A stretch of 57,843 bases of DNA, from NCBI GenBank assembly GCA_045591565.1, contig JAZNTB010000080.1, positions 1 to 57,843 on the forward strand, written 5' to 3'. Within the stretch, counting starts at the first letter, position 1. Every line of letters starts with the position of its first letter. The stretch comes from Clostridia bacterium. Its GTDB lineage: Bacteria; Bacillota; Clostridia; UBA1381. Position numbers and translations under genes: made by a program. Under the pieces are notes generated by a model. The model did not search any database, was not told where the DNA came from, and saw only the letters and a list, made by a program, of their open reading frames with translations. Positions 10,080 to 19,901 of the stretch are shown in pieces.

Positions 10080-10741
10080 CACATTGCCTCCTTTATCATT
10101 TTCGTAACAGCGCAAATAACCTCATCCATCGTCATATCGGATGTGTCCACCAAGGTTGCATCCTCCGCCTGCCTGAGCGGAGCAAATTTGCGTTGCGAAT
10201 CGTTTTTATCACGGTATATAATATCTCTTTTTACCGATTCAAGGTCTGCCTCCGTACCCTTTTGTATAAGCTCGGCGAATCTTCGCCTTGCGCGTTCCTC
10301 CACTGACGCAGTTAAGAATATTTTAACCTCCGCATCCGGAAGAACATATGTTCCTATATCTCTGCCATCCATTATAACCGATGTTTTTTCTGCAAGCTTT
10401 CGCTGCAACTCCACAAGCTTTAAGCGTACTGCAGGAATTACAGCCACATTCGATGCGCCGATGCTGGCATCTGCCTCACGAATCCGTTTTGACACATCCT
10501 TTTGACAGAGCAAAATTCTCTGCCCTTCCTCACCATACTCAATATCAATCTGTATTTTATCAAGCACATCTTTTGAAAATGCCTCTTCCTTTATCTCTAT
10601 ACCATTTTCAATAGCATATACTGCAACAGCACGATACATGGCGCCTGTGTCTATATATACAAATCCAAGCTTTTCTGCAACTGCCCGTGCAATAGAGCTT
10701 TTTCCCGCTCCTGCCGGTCCGTCGATTGCAACCTTAATCAT
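10079..10741 (-). CDS. cmk: cytidylate kinase
   Basis: P-loop IAIDGPAGAGKSS followed by the typical Cmk sequence (IDTGAMYRA). Confidence 0.93.
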   Translation of the reverse strand: MIKVAIDGPAGAGKSSIARAVAEKLGFVYIDTGAMYRAVAVYAIENGIEIKEEAFSKDVLDKIQIDIEYGEEGQRILLCQKDVSKRIREADASIGASNVAVIPAVRLKLVELQRKLAEKTSVIMDGRDIGTYVLPDAEVKIFLTASVEERARRRFAELIQKGTEADLESVKRDIIYRDKNDSQRKFAPLRQAEDATLVDTSDMTMDEVICAVTKMIKEAM

Positions 10742-10755
10742 AATTTTCCCCTTTT

Positions 10756-11976
10756 CTATGCATTTTCTCCTGCCAAGAAGCCTGTGGAGAATGCAATCTG
10801 TAAATTAAATCCGCCGGTGTATGCATCAACATCTATTACCTCACCGGCAAAATACAAGCCTTCTATCAGCTTTGACTCCATTGTTGACGGATTTATTTCG
10901 GATACCTTGACTCCGCCCGAGGTTATTATCGCTTCACTTATAGGGCGTGTACCAGAAATACTCAAGGTCAGGTTTTTTATCGTCTCTCCAAGAGCCTGCC
11001 GCTCCTTTTTTGTGATATTGCATACCTCTTTATGCATATCAAGTCCCGCAACTTTTATTATAACAGGAATCAGCGCTTTAGGCAATAGTTCATCCAAAGA
11101 ATTTTGTAAATGTTTTTTCCCTGCCTTTTCAAAATCCCTGCATATCCGCTTATCAAGCTGTTCTGCGTCAAGCGCCGGCTTTAAGTCTATAACAAGCTTC
11201 GCATTCTTTGCTTTTTTCAAGTGGCATGATGCTGAAAGAACAATCGGTCCCGACACCCCGAAGTGGGTGAAAAGCATTTCACCGAAATCAGAAAATATCT
11301 TCTTCCCATTTTCGTCAGCAAGAGTAATTTCAACATTTTTAAGTGAAAGCCCCATAACCTCCGAAACCCACTTCTCCTTTGTTTCCAGCGGAACAAGGGA
11401 TGGCTTTGGAGTAATTACGGTATGTCCGACGCTTTGGGCAAACCGGTATCCGTCACCGGTTGAACCGGTAAGTGGATAGGACACTCCGCCGGTTGCTATA
11501 ATTACGCTGTCGGCAGGAATTTCCCCTTTAGTGGTTTTCACTCCCAAAACCTTTCCCGATTCTACAAGGATTCCGGTAACCTTATCCTTTACGAGCTTTA
11601 CATTTTTCCTAAGTGCATACCTCTTTAATGCATCAACTACATCCTTTGAATTATCACTTTCCGGAAATACACGACCGCCTCTTTCAACCTTGGTCGCAAC
11701 GCCAAGCGAGTTTATAAGAGCGATAAGGTCTTCATTTGTAAAGCTGTAAAGTGCACTGTATAAAAAACGGCTGTTTGTAGGGATGTTCTGCATAATTTCT
11801 TCAATGTCGGCAATATTTGTGATATTACATCTGCCCTTGCCGGTAATTCTGAGCTTTTTCCCCAAAAAGTCGTTCTTTTCAATGAGTATAACCCTTTTCA
11901 CGCGTTCGGCAAGTCTGCCGCAGGCTATCATTCCTGCGGGTCCTCCGCCTATTACTACAACCGTCTTATCTGTCAT
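10756..11976 (-). CDS. HI0933/BaiN-like NAD(P)/FAD-dependent oxidoreductase
   Basis: GxGxxG dinucleotide fold (VVIGGGPAGM) and family-typical GKGRCNITN and GGFNLQ motifs. Confidence 0.85.
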   Translation of the reverse strand: MTDKTVVVIGGGPAGMIACGRLAERVKRVILIEKNDFLGKKLRITGKGRCNITNIADIEEIMQNIPTNSRFLYSALYSFTNEDLIALINSLGVATKVERGGRVFPESDNSKDVVDALKRYALRKNVKLVKDKVTGILVESGKVLGVKTTKGEIPADSVIIATGGVSYPLTGSTGDGYRFAQSVGHTVITPKPSLVPLETKEKWVSEVMGLSLKNVEITLADENGKKIFSDFGEMLFTHFGVSGPIVLSASCHLKKAKNAKLVIDLKPALDAEQLDKRICRDFEKAGKKHLQNSLDELLPKALIPVIIKVAGLDMHKEVCNITKKERQALGETIKNLTLSISGTRPISEAIITSGGVKVSEINPSTMESKLIEGLYFAGEVIDVDAYTGGFNLQIAFSTGFLAGENA

Positions 11977-12827
11977 TTTTTATCATATACCTCGTATTCG
12001 TCCCATATCTGTTCAAGCTTTTCAAGATTGGATTGCATTTTTTCTCTGTTACTCATACCTACCGCCACGATGAGTGCATTAATCACGCTGAGCGGTGCCG
12101 TTAATGAGTCCACAAAGGATGTGGCGTCACTTTCCGCTATAAGGCACAGCTCGGACTCTGTAACAACCGGAGAATCAACGCTGTCGGTAATTCCAATAAC
12201 GGTAGCACCATTTTTTTTGGCATAACGCAGCGCCTTTATGGTATTTTTCGAGTATCTCGGGAAGCTGATGCCGATTACAACATCCCCTTTCCCCACATTC
12301 AAAATCTGCTCAAAAAGGTCATCGCCACCCGTTGTCTTTATAAGACATACATTATCAAATATAAGGTGCAGATAAAACCCCGCAAACTCCGCAAGTGCTG
12401 CCGAGCTTCGTACACCTGTAACATATACCTTTTTAGCCGACGAAATCGCCTCTGCCGCGCGTTCAAACTGAGTTCTGTCAATCCTTTCCATCGTCTTTTC
12501 AATATAGCCTATGTCCGACTTCAATATGCTGTCCAAGATATCTCTGCTGCCTATCTTTTCATAGGCAAGCTCCATGCGCTGAACAGAGGTCAGTTTCGAT
12601 TTGACAAAGCTTTGAAGCTCTCGCTGAAGTGCCGGATATCCGTCAAAGCCCAGCTCGCAGGCAAATCGTACCACCGTAGATTCGCTCACGCCGGTTTTTT
12701 CCGACAGCTTTGCCGCCGTCATATATGCTGCTTTTTCGCTGTTTTCCATAATATATGCGGCAATGATTTTCTGGCTTTTACTAAAGCTGCTGTTTTCATT
12801 TTTTATCGCGCGTATAATATCATTCAT
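11973..12827 (-). CDS. MurR/RpiR-family transcriptional regulator (HTH + SIS domain)
   Basis: N-terminal HTH_6 (SEKTGVSESTVVRFA) and a C-terminal SIS domain (VYVTGVRSSAALA). Confidence 0.85.
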   Translation of the reverse strand: MNDIIRAIKNENSSFSKSQKIIAAYIMENSEKAAYMTAAKLSEKTGVSESTVVRFACELGFDGYPALQRELQSFVKSKLTSVQRMELAYEKIGSRDILDSILKSDIGYIEKTMERIDRTQFERAAEAISSAKKVYVTGVRSSAALAEFAGFYLHLIFDNVCLIKTTGGDDLFEQILNVGKGDVVIGISFPRYSKNTIKALRYAKKNGATVIGITDSVDSPVVTESELCLIAESDATSFVDSLTAPLSVINALIVAVGMSNREKMQSNLEKLEQIWDEYEVYDKK

Positions 12828-14398
12828 CAGTCTTGCTCCCCTGTTTTTTCCTTTCCGTCCTTATCATAGAAATACCACTTTTCTATGCCGTTATAAGGGC
12901 TTGTAACACTCGGTTTTTGAGTTCCCGAAACATATGTTCCGAAAATCACCCTCTCCGTCTTGAAATAAAGCGGAATGTACGGAGGAGATGTGTAGAAATT
13001 ACGCATATACTCGCTTATTCCAGCTTTGTATATTTCTTTATCCGTAACACCATAAAGCCTTGACATCTCACCATTTAAGGCGGTTGTGTCAAAGTTAAAG
13101 TAATTATCCTGACTCTCAAGCATCGCAGACGGGTTATGATTAGGCTGAACCTCTGTTTCACCGACAAAAATATCAAAATTATCAGCCGATATTCTTGCTA
13201 TATAATCTGCATATGAAGTCTTTTCAACAGAAATTAAAAATCCCGATGCGCGAAGGCTGTCTGCCACGCTGTCTGCCAGTGCGATGCGCTGAGGGTTGTC
13301 CTCATTTACCAAAAGTCTTAGCGAAAGCGGGGATGCGTCCTTATAATACACGCCACCCTCTTTTACATATCCCTCTCTCACAATCAGGCTTTCAGCATAA
13401 TCCTGCGTAAGCTCAGGTGTTGCCGTGTCCTGATACGCCCATGACGCGGGATTTATGGCAAGAGCTGCCGCCATGCCGTGTCCGTACGCATCCTGCTCAA
13501 GAATTTTCTTCCTGTCCAAAAGCCCGCCTATCGCACGCCTTATATTTGCAGAAGCAAGCGCCGGACTTGCCGCATTAAACCCTAAAAACACCATATTATC
13601 CGAAACGATTTCCTCTGTCCGTGAGTTTGTTTTAGGGGACGCTTCCGACAGCTGATCCGAGGTTATTGCATCAAGCTCGTTAACATTGAAAGCCTCGGTT
13701 ACCGCTGCCGCATCCTTTAATATCTTTACTAAAACCTTCTTTTTTGAAACCTCTCCTTCGTGCCACGCCGAATTCGGCGCAAGCACGATTTCCGTTCCGC
13801 CCATAGACTCGAACTTATATGGGCCTGTACCTATCGGTGTAAAGCCTTTATCGGTAAGATACGGAGTCCGTGACGATATTACCGGAAAGGTCAACAGGTA
13901 CGCCGGATTGGTTTCCGGACCTTGGAAGGTAATTATCACCTGAGATTTTCCGGTTGCAGTAAAGCTGCTTATCTTATTTATAATCTTTGTATAAAGTCCG
14001 CCTGCTGTGCTCATCTTGCTTAATGTATAAACAACATCGTCTGCCGTAAAATTAGTTCCGTCCTGCCATTTTACTCCATCCTTTAGGTTTACTGTTATGC
14101 TCATTCCGTCCTCAGAAAGAGTATAACCGCTTGCAAGAACCGGCTCTGCAGTCATTTCCTCGCCTATCTTAAACAGGGGTTCGTAGACAATATTCATTAT
14201 TTTCTGTACGCTTTTAGACTTGGTTGCTATCGGGTTTAAAGTATCTATTCCATAGATTCCCAGCTTAATATCAGTGGTATCTTCTACCACTACAAGCTCT
14301 CCACTTTCAACGCTTCCCGGTCCTTTTTCTCTGCCGCAAGCACCAAGTCCTACCGCAAGCGAAAGCACAAGCGTTAATAAAACTATCTTCCTTGACAT
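12827..14398 (-). CDS. ABC-transporter family-5 (peptide/nickel type) substrate-binding lipoprotein
   Basis: Lipobox LGAC and a ~520-aa SBP_bac_5-like sequence. No cognate permease or ATPase lies nearby. Confidence 0.75.
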   Translation of the reverse strand: MSRKIVLLTLVLSLAVGLGACGREKGPGSVESGELVVVEDTTDIKLGIYGIDTLNPIATKSKSVQKIMNIVYEPLFKIGEEMTAEPVLASGYTLSEDGMSITVNLKDGVKWQDGTNFTADDVVYTLSKMSTAGGLYTKIINKISSFTATGKSQVIITFQGPETNPAYLLTFPVISSRTPYLTDKGFTPIGTGPYKFESMGGTEIVLAPNSAWHEGEVSKKKVLVKILKDAAAVTEAFNVNELDAITSDQLSEASPKTNSRTEEIVSDNMVFLGFNAASPALASANIRRAIGGLLDRKKILEQDAYGHGMAAALAINPASWAYQDTATPELTQDYAESLIVREGYVKEGGVYYKDASPLSLRLLVNEDNPQRIALADSVADSLRASGFLISVEKTSYADYIARISADNFDIFVGETEVQPNHNPSAMLESQDNYFNFDTTALNGEMSRLYGVTDKEIYKAGISEYMRNFYTSPPYIPLYFKTERVIFGTYVSGTQKPSVTSPYNGIEKWYFYDKDGKEKTGEQD

Positions 14399-14416
14399 AA
14401 ATTTCCCTCTCTGCGT

Positions 14417-15217
14417 TTATTTAAGCTCCATTATTGCCGCCATAACTCCTCGTTTGCCGGCAGTTTTTCGGTGAGAGAACAGCATATCGCTGTTGCAGTA
14501 TGTGCAGATATCCGCACCGATAATATTCCTTTTTAAAACACCGCACTCTGCAAGCTGCTTTTCTATTGCTTTCTGCATATTTACATGATATTTTTCATGC
14601 TTTTCCAGAACTTCTTCGCCAAATTCCTTCAAAAACACCTCTGCCACTTCATCGCCTACCTCAAAATGACAGACGCCTATTGAAGGGCCTATTGCCACAA
14701 GGATATTCTCAGGACTTGATGAAAATTCCTTTCGCATTTCAAGTACGGTTTTTTGGCATATTCTGCCTGCTGTTCCTTTCCAACCCGAATGGCATAGTGC
14801 AATCGCCTTATTTTCAGTATCGAGCAAAAAAACCGGAACACAATCTGCCGCAAATACTGCAAGCGGAACACCGGACACATCCGTCATAAGTGCATCCACG
14901 CCGTCTTCAAACCTCTGAGGCCTTATTATTCCGTTTCCGCGGTCCTCTTTCCCTACTCTACATATTGTACACCCGTGAACCTGATTTGAAAAGACCAAAT
15001 CCTCAAAATTTACATCTATTTCATCACATATAATTTTGTAATTTTTTAAAATATTTTCCTTTTTGTCATCACAATTCATCCTGAGATTAAGACTTTTATA
15101 CTCATTTTGGCTGACTCCGCCGTGTCTGGTTGTAAAACAATGCTTTACAAGTCCCGTTCTCTCAAACTCATCTATCGTATAATACTTCAAATCTCCGTTT
15201 TGTTTAAGACTGAACAT
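14417..15217 (-). CDS. pgeF: YfiH/PgeF-family purine nucleoside phosphorylase / peptidoglycan editing factor
   Basis: DUF152-type motifs (TRHGGVS, QVHG, ADCVPV, HSGWKGT). Start trimmed to ATG 15215-15217, preceded by GAGGAG. Confidence 0.85.
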   Translation of the reverse strand: MFSLKQNGDLKYYTIDEFERTGLVKHCFTTRHGGVSQNEYKSLNLRMNCDDKKENILKNYKIICDEIDVNFEDLVFSNQVHGCTICRVGKEDRGNGIIRPQRFEDGVDALMTDVSGVPLAVFAADCVPVFLLDTENKAIALCHSGWKGTAGRICQKTVLEMRKEFSSSPENILVAIGPSIGVCHFEVGDEVAEVFLKEFGEEVLEKHEKYHVNMQKAIEKQLAECGVLKRNIIGADICTYCNSDMLFSHRKTAGKRGVMAAIMELK

Positions 15218-17090
15218 TCCTTTTCTCCTCAAAATACTGATAAACTGCCTCTGCCGCCCGTTTGTCTACTGCCGCAAGAAGCTCTTGCCTGGATGCCTCT
15301 TTGATTTTCTCAACCGATCCGAAATGCTTCAAAAGCGCCGCCTTTTTCACTGCGCCTATTCCCTTTATATCATCAAGCTCGGATTTTACCAAATTCTTGT
15401 TCCTGAGCTTCCTGTGATACCCTATTGCACTCCTGTGAACCTCATCCTGAACCTTTGTTATGAACTTGAAAACACTGTCCATCGGCGACAGCTCAATCTC
15501 TCCGTTTTGCGAAACAAGTCCGCGTGTTCTGTGACGGGAATCCTTTACCATTCCGTATACAGGTATATCGCTGTCGGTTGCTTCTATTATTTCCATAACA
15601 GCAGAAAGCTGTCCCTTACCGCCGTCTAAGAAAATCAAATCAGGAAGCGGTAAAAACTTCGCATCCTCTGCAGTAAGCGCTCCTTTGGCGATATTTTCTT
15701 CCTCTTCCTTCGCATGGCGCAGACGACGGTAAATAACCTCCTGCATTGCAAGAAAATCGTTGGCTCCTTCAAAGGACTTTATCTTGAAATGCCTGTAATC
15801 CTTCTTCGACGGCTTACCGTTTACAAAAACAACCATAGATGCAACATTATCGCTGCCCGAAATATTTGAAATGTCGTACGACTCAATTCTTTCGGGAATT
15901 TTTTCCATACTCAGCTTTTTCGCAATTTCGTGTGAAATTTTGTTTTTGCTCTCGCCGTACTTTATATTGTTTACGCGGTAGTTTTCCGCCGATATCTCTG
16001 CATTTTTATGCACCATCATAGTAAGCTTTTTCTTTTCGCCCTTTTGCGGCGACACGATGCTTACCCTGCTGCCTCTTTTTTCGCTAAGCCAAGCGGAAAT
16101 AACCTCGGCATCGGTTATTTTGTGTCCGGTCAGAATTTCCTTAGGCACGCTCTCGCGTGAGCTGTAAAACTGCTCTATGAAACCTGCTAACACCTCGCCG
16201 TCCTCGGTATCTCCCGTGCCGTCAATCCTGTAATCCGAATGTCCGGTTATTTTACCCGAACGCACAAAGAACACCTCTACAAATGTTTTTTCGCCAAGCC
16301 TTGCCGATGCGATAATGTCCATATCGGTCTGGTGTCCTGTATTTATTATCTTCTGCTTTTCTTCAAATCGCTTAATGGCTTCAATTTTATCACGAAGTGC
16401 TGCCGCTTTTTCGAACTCTGTATTTTTTGATGCCTCAATCATTTTTTCGTGCATTTCGTCCTGAAGCTCTTTGTGGTTACCCTCCAAAAAGGAACAAATG
16501 TCAAAAAATACCTGTCGGTACTCATCCCTTGTAACCTTGCCCTCAATACAAGGCGCAAAGCAGTTGTTTATGTGATAGTTAAGGCATGGCCTGCCCTTTC
16601 CGATATCCTCCGGAAACTTACGGCTACAAAGAGGCGGCTTGAAAATTTTCTGCACTATCTCAAGCGTACCGCGAACCGGCTGCATTCCTGAATACGGCCC
16701 GAAATATTTCGCTCCGTCTTTTTTCAGGGTTCTGGACATAAAGACCTTAGGATACTCCTCATTTATCGAAACCTTTATATACGGATACTGCTTATCGTCC
16801 TTTAATAATATATTATATTTAGGGCGATGCTTTTTTATAAGGTTACACTCAAGCACCAGCGCCTCTATTTCAGAATCGGTCACTATATACTCAAACCACG
16901 CAATATTTTCCACCATAGCAATAACCTTTGGCGAGTGGTTTTTTCTGCTGCCAAAGTATTGCCTTACGCGGTTTTTAAGGATTTTTGCCTTGCCGACATA
17001 AATTATTTCATCATTTGCGGCATGCATTATATACACTCCCGGAAGCTCGGGAAGGTTTTTTAGCTCTTCTTCTAAATTAAACATACTCAT
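15204..17090 (-). CDS. uvrC: excinuclease ABC subunit C
   Basis: GIY-YIG N-terminus (GVYIMH...IIYVGKAKILKNRV), a UVR domain, an endonuclease domain and C-terminal HhH. Confidence 0.95.
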   Translation of the reverse strand: MSMFNLEEELKNLPELPGVYIMHAANDEIIYVGKAKILKNRVRQYFGSRKNHSPKVIAMVENIAWFEYIVTDSEIEALVLECNLIKKHRPKYNILLKDDKQYPYIKVSINEEYPKVFMSRTLKKDGAKYFGPYSGMQPVRGTLEIVQKIFKPPLCSRKFPEDIGKGRPCLNYHINNCFAPCIEGKVTRDEYRQVFFDICSFLEGNHKELQDEMHEKMIEASKNTEFEKAAALRDKIEAIKRFEEKQKIINTGHQTDMDIIASARLGEKTFVEVFFVRSGKITGHSDYRIDGTGDTEDGEVLAGFIEQFYSSRESVPKEILTGHKITDAEVISAWLSEKRGSRVSIVSPQKGEKKKLTMMVHKNAEISAENYRVNNIKYGESKNKISHEIAKKLSMEKIPERIESYDISNISGSDNVASMVVFVNGKPSKKDYRHFKIKSFEGANDFLAMQEVIYRRLRHAKEEEENIAKGALTAEDAKFLPLPDLIFLDGGKGQLSAVMEIIEATDSDIPVYGMVKDSRHRTRGLVSQNGEIELSPMDSVFKFITKVQDEVHRSAIGYHRKLRNKNLVKSELDDIKGIGAVKKAALLKHFGSVEKIKEASRQELLAAVDKRAAEAVYQYFEEKRNVQS

Positions 17091-17103
17091 TATTCTCTTA
17101 AAT

Positions 17104-17138
17104 TGAAAAATAACTCCGCCAAAAGCAGCAGAGTTATT
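17104..17138 (-). terminator. terminator after ptsH
   Basis: AATAACTC (17109-17116) pairs with GAGTTATT (17131-17138). A T-run follows on the minus strand. Confidence 0.6.
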
Positions 17139-17156
17139 TACGACATCATTGCAAAA

Positions 17157-17420
17157 TCATTCTGTGAAATTTGAAGCAATCAAGTTAACCAGGGTAACAA
17201 CCGCTTCCTCTTCGTCAGCTCCGTCTGCAAGAATATTAACCGTGGTTCCCTTTGTGATTCCAAGTGATAACACACCAAGAAGACTCTTTGCATTTACCTT
17301 GCGTTCATCCTTCTCTACCCATATACTTGATTTGAATTCATTTGCTTTTTGTATAAAAAATGTTGCAGGACGAGCGTGCAGACCTACCTGATTTTGAACT
17401 TCAACCTCTTTTGAATACAT
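17157..17420 (-). CDS. ptsH: phosphocarrier protein HPr
   Basis: His-15 site GLHARPA and Ser-46 site KSLLGVLSLG. Start trimmed to ATG 17418-17420, preceded by GGAGG. Confidence 0.92.
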   Translation of the reverse strand: MYSKEVEVQNQVGLHARPATFFIQKANEFKSSIWVEKDERKVNAKSLLGVLSLGITKGTTVNILADGADEEEAVVTLVNLIASNFTE

Positions 17421-17553
17421 AAAGAATCCTCCTTGAAAGCATTTCCGAAAAATATATATACACACTATTAGAATACTAAAAAATATATAAATCGTCAACA
17501 GAATTTAATAAAAAACAGGAATTTTAGTTAAAGATACCCTATTGACCCGAAAT

Positions 17554-18639
17554 TTATTCATCATTTTTGTGATTTTCGCCGACAGATACGCTGTCATCCT
17601 CGTTCGCCTGTCCACTTATCATACGGCGTACCTGAGCTTCGATTTCTGCGGTAAATTCAGGGTTTTCTTCCATATACTTCTTAACATTATCCCTGCCCTG
17701 TCCGAGTCTTTCGCCCTTATACGCAAACCACGCACCACTTTTTTGGATAATATCATAGTTTGTCGCCATATCAAGGATGTTTCCGACCTTGGAAATTCCC
17801 TGACCATACATAATATCAAACTCAGCCTCTTTAAATGGAGGTGCCACCTTGTTTTTAACAACCTTAACCTTTGTCTTGTTACCGATAAGCTCGGTTCCGT
17901 TTTTGATAGCCTCCTGACGCCTTACTTCAAGTCTTACAGATGCAAAGAACTTAAGTGCGCGTCCGCCCGGTGTGGTTTCCGGATTTCCGTAGATTACGCC
18001 GACCTTCTCACGAAGCTGGTTTATGAAAATAACAGCAGTTCCGGATTTTGCGGTGATACCTGTAAGTTTTCTGAGCGCCTGTGACATAAGTCTTGCCAAA
18101 AGCCCTACATGCGCACCGCCCATTTCACCCTCAATTTCCGCCTTTGGAACAAGCGCCGCAACAGAGTCGATTACAACAACATCGAGTGCTCCGCTCCTGA
18201 CAAGCGCCTCTGCAATTTCAAGGGCCTGCTCACCGGTATCGGGCTGTGATACTATTAAGTTGTCTATATCTACACCAAGATTTTTTGCATAAACCGGATC
18301 AAGAGCGTGCTCTGCGTCAATAAATGCAGCCTCTCCGCCTCTTGCCTGTGCCTCCGCAACAACATGTAGCGCAACAGTAGTTTTACCGGAGGATTCCGGT
18401 CCGTATATTTCGATAACTCTTCCCTTTGGAATTCCGCCTACACCAAGCGCCATATCAAGTGTCAGCGAGCCGGTAGGAATTGCATCAACATCAACATGCG
18501 GAGCCTCTCCAAGCTTCATTATGCTGCCCTTTCCGTACTGCTTTTCGATTGCACCGAAAACAGCATTAAGAGCCTTTCTTTTTTCCTCTCTGTCCTCTAA
18601 AACTACTACAGATTTTTTATCTGCTTGCTTTTTATCCAT
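17554..18639 (-). CDS. recA: recombinase RecA
   Basis: Walker [10 protein letters not shown] and full-length RecA similarity. Start set at ATG 18637-18639, with GGAGG 8 nt upstream. Confidence 0.97.
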   Translation of the reverse strand: MDKKQADKKSVVVLEDREEKRKALNAVFGAIEKQYGKGSIMKLGEAPHVDVDAIPTGSLTLDMALGVGGIPKGRVIEIYGPESSGKTTVALHVVAEAQARGGEAAFIDAEHALDPVYAKNLGVDIDNLIVSQPDTGEQALEIAEALVRSGALDVVVIDSVAALVPKAEIEGEMGGAHVGLLARLMSQALRKLTGITAKSGTAVIFINQLREKVGVIYGNPETTPGGRALKFFASVRLEVRRQEAIKNGTELIGNKTKVKVVKNKVAPPFKEAEFDIMYGQGISKVGNILDMATNYDIIQKSGAWFAYKGERLGQGRDNVKKYMEENPEFTAEIEAQVRRMISGQANEDDSVSVGENHKNDE

Positions 18640-18715
18640 CAGAAAATCCTCCAAAGCCTGTTTGCATTTTCTCTTATATTATACACCTTTTTTGACAAAA
18701 TTGCAATAGTTTTCG

Positions 18716-19897
18716 TTATATTTTGGGGTATACCTCTATTTTTTCAACCCCTAAAAGCGCTGCCTCGATTAAAGCGTCAACATCCAGTCTTCTTTCACTT
18801 TTCTCGATTGTTTCCCGTTTCGGGTTTGTCGTCGGGTGCTTTGGAGTGAATACAGTACAGCAATCTTCATACGGAAGAATCGAGGTTTCGAATGTATCTA
18901 TACTGTGCGCCCGCTCGATTATCTCAGTTTTATCCATACCTATTAGCGGTCTTAAAACCGGCATATCCACTACTGAATTGGTCACATCAAGTGCCATAAG
19001 TGTCTGAGATGCAACCTGTCCTGCGCTTTCACCTGTGACGAGCACCTGCGACTTCTTATCCTTTGCAATCCTCTGGGCTATCTTCATCATAAATCTTCGC
19101 ATTATAAGCGTCATATGTTCTTCCGGACAGTTGTCACGAATTGCAAGCTGTATGTCGGTAAACGGAACTATATAAAGATTGATTTTTGAAGTGTATCTTG
19201 CAACTATCGATGCAAGCTCAATTACCTTTTCCTTTGCTCTTTCACTCGTATAAGGGAAGCTGAAGAAGTTTACGGCATCAAGCTCAATTCCTCTTTTTGC
19301 AATCATATGTCCTGCAACAGGGCTGTCAATCCCGCCAGATAAAAGGAGCGTCGCCTTTCCGCCCGTACCTATCGGCATGCCGCCCTGACCTTTTCTGCGG
19401 TTTTCACGGCAGTATACAAATGCATGGTCGTCCCTGACCTCAACTTGCACCGTTACCTCCGGATTATGAACATCAACTATCAGCCCGTCGCAAGCTTCGT
19501 GCAAAAATCCGCCCACTTCGATTGCAAGCTGCACAGAATTAAGCGGAAACTTCTTGTCTGACCTTTTTGCCTCCACCTTGAACTTTCGTCCCGGGGTAAG
19601 GTCGTCCCTGCAGTAGGCAAGCGCAGTTTCCTCTATGCTTTCAACCGTTTTTTCACAAACAGCCGCCTTTGCGACCGAAACAATGCCGAATATCATGCAA
19701 AGACGGTCGCAAACGGTATCTATCATCTGCTCGTCCTTTACTTCAATGTATATTGTTGCCTGTGCAATAGTTATGCGTACATCGGCAATATTTTTAATCG
19801 CATTGGAAATATTTTTAATCAGTATCTTCTCAAACCTTGGACGGTTTCCGCCCTTTAAAATTATTTCGCCGTATTTTACAAGTATGATTTCCTTCAC
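18716..19897 (-). CDS. thiI: tRNA 4-thiouridine(8) synthase ThiI
   Basis: THUMP N-terminus plus PP-loop SGGIDSPVA. No rhodanese domain, as is usual in Firmicutes. Confidence 0.9.
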   Translation of the reverse strand: MKEIILVKYGEIILKGGNRPRFEKILIKNISNAIKNIADVRITIAQATIYIEVKDEQMIDTVCDRLCMIFGIVSVAKAAVCEKTVESIEETALAYCRDDLTPGRKFKVEAKRSDKKFPLNSVQLAIEVGGFLHEACDGLIVDVHNPEVTVQVEVRDDHAFVYCRENRRKGQGGMPIGTGGKATLLLSGGIDSPVAGHMIAKRGIELDAVNFFSFPYTSERAKEKVIELASIVARYTSKINLYIVPFTDIQLAIRDNCPEEHMTLIMRRFMMKIAQRIAKDKKSQVLVTGESAGQVASQTLMALDVTNSVVDMPVLRPLIGMDKTEIIERAHSIDTFETSILPYEDCCTVFTPKHPTTNPKRETIEKSERRLDVDALIEAALLGVEKIEVYPKI

Positions 19898-19901
19898 TTT
19901 T

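Noticed and set aside
10784-11479. Long ORFs antisense to or overlapping well-supported genes (for example 1372..1854, 2815..3396, 5061..5678, 5726..6121, 7364..7867, 10784..11479, 17542..18084, 29093..29662, 45292..45879, 53475..53867).
   Set aside because: Each lies entirely inside a gene on the other strand or in another frame. Their composition is low-complexity or skewed (S/L/F/I-rich), and they have no RBS and no recognisable motif. This is typical of shadow ORFs.
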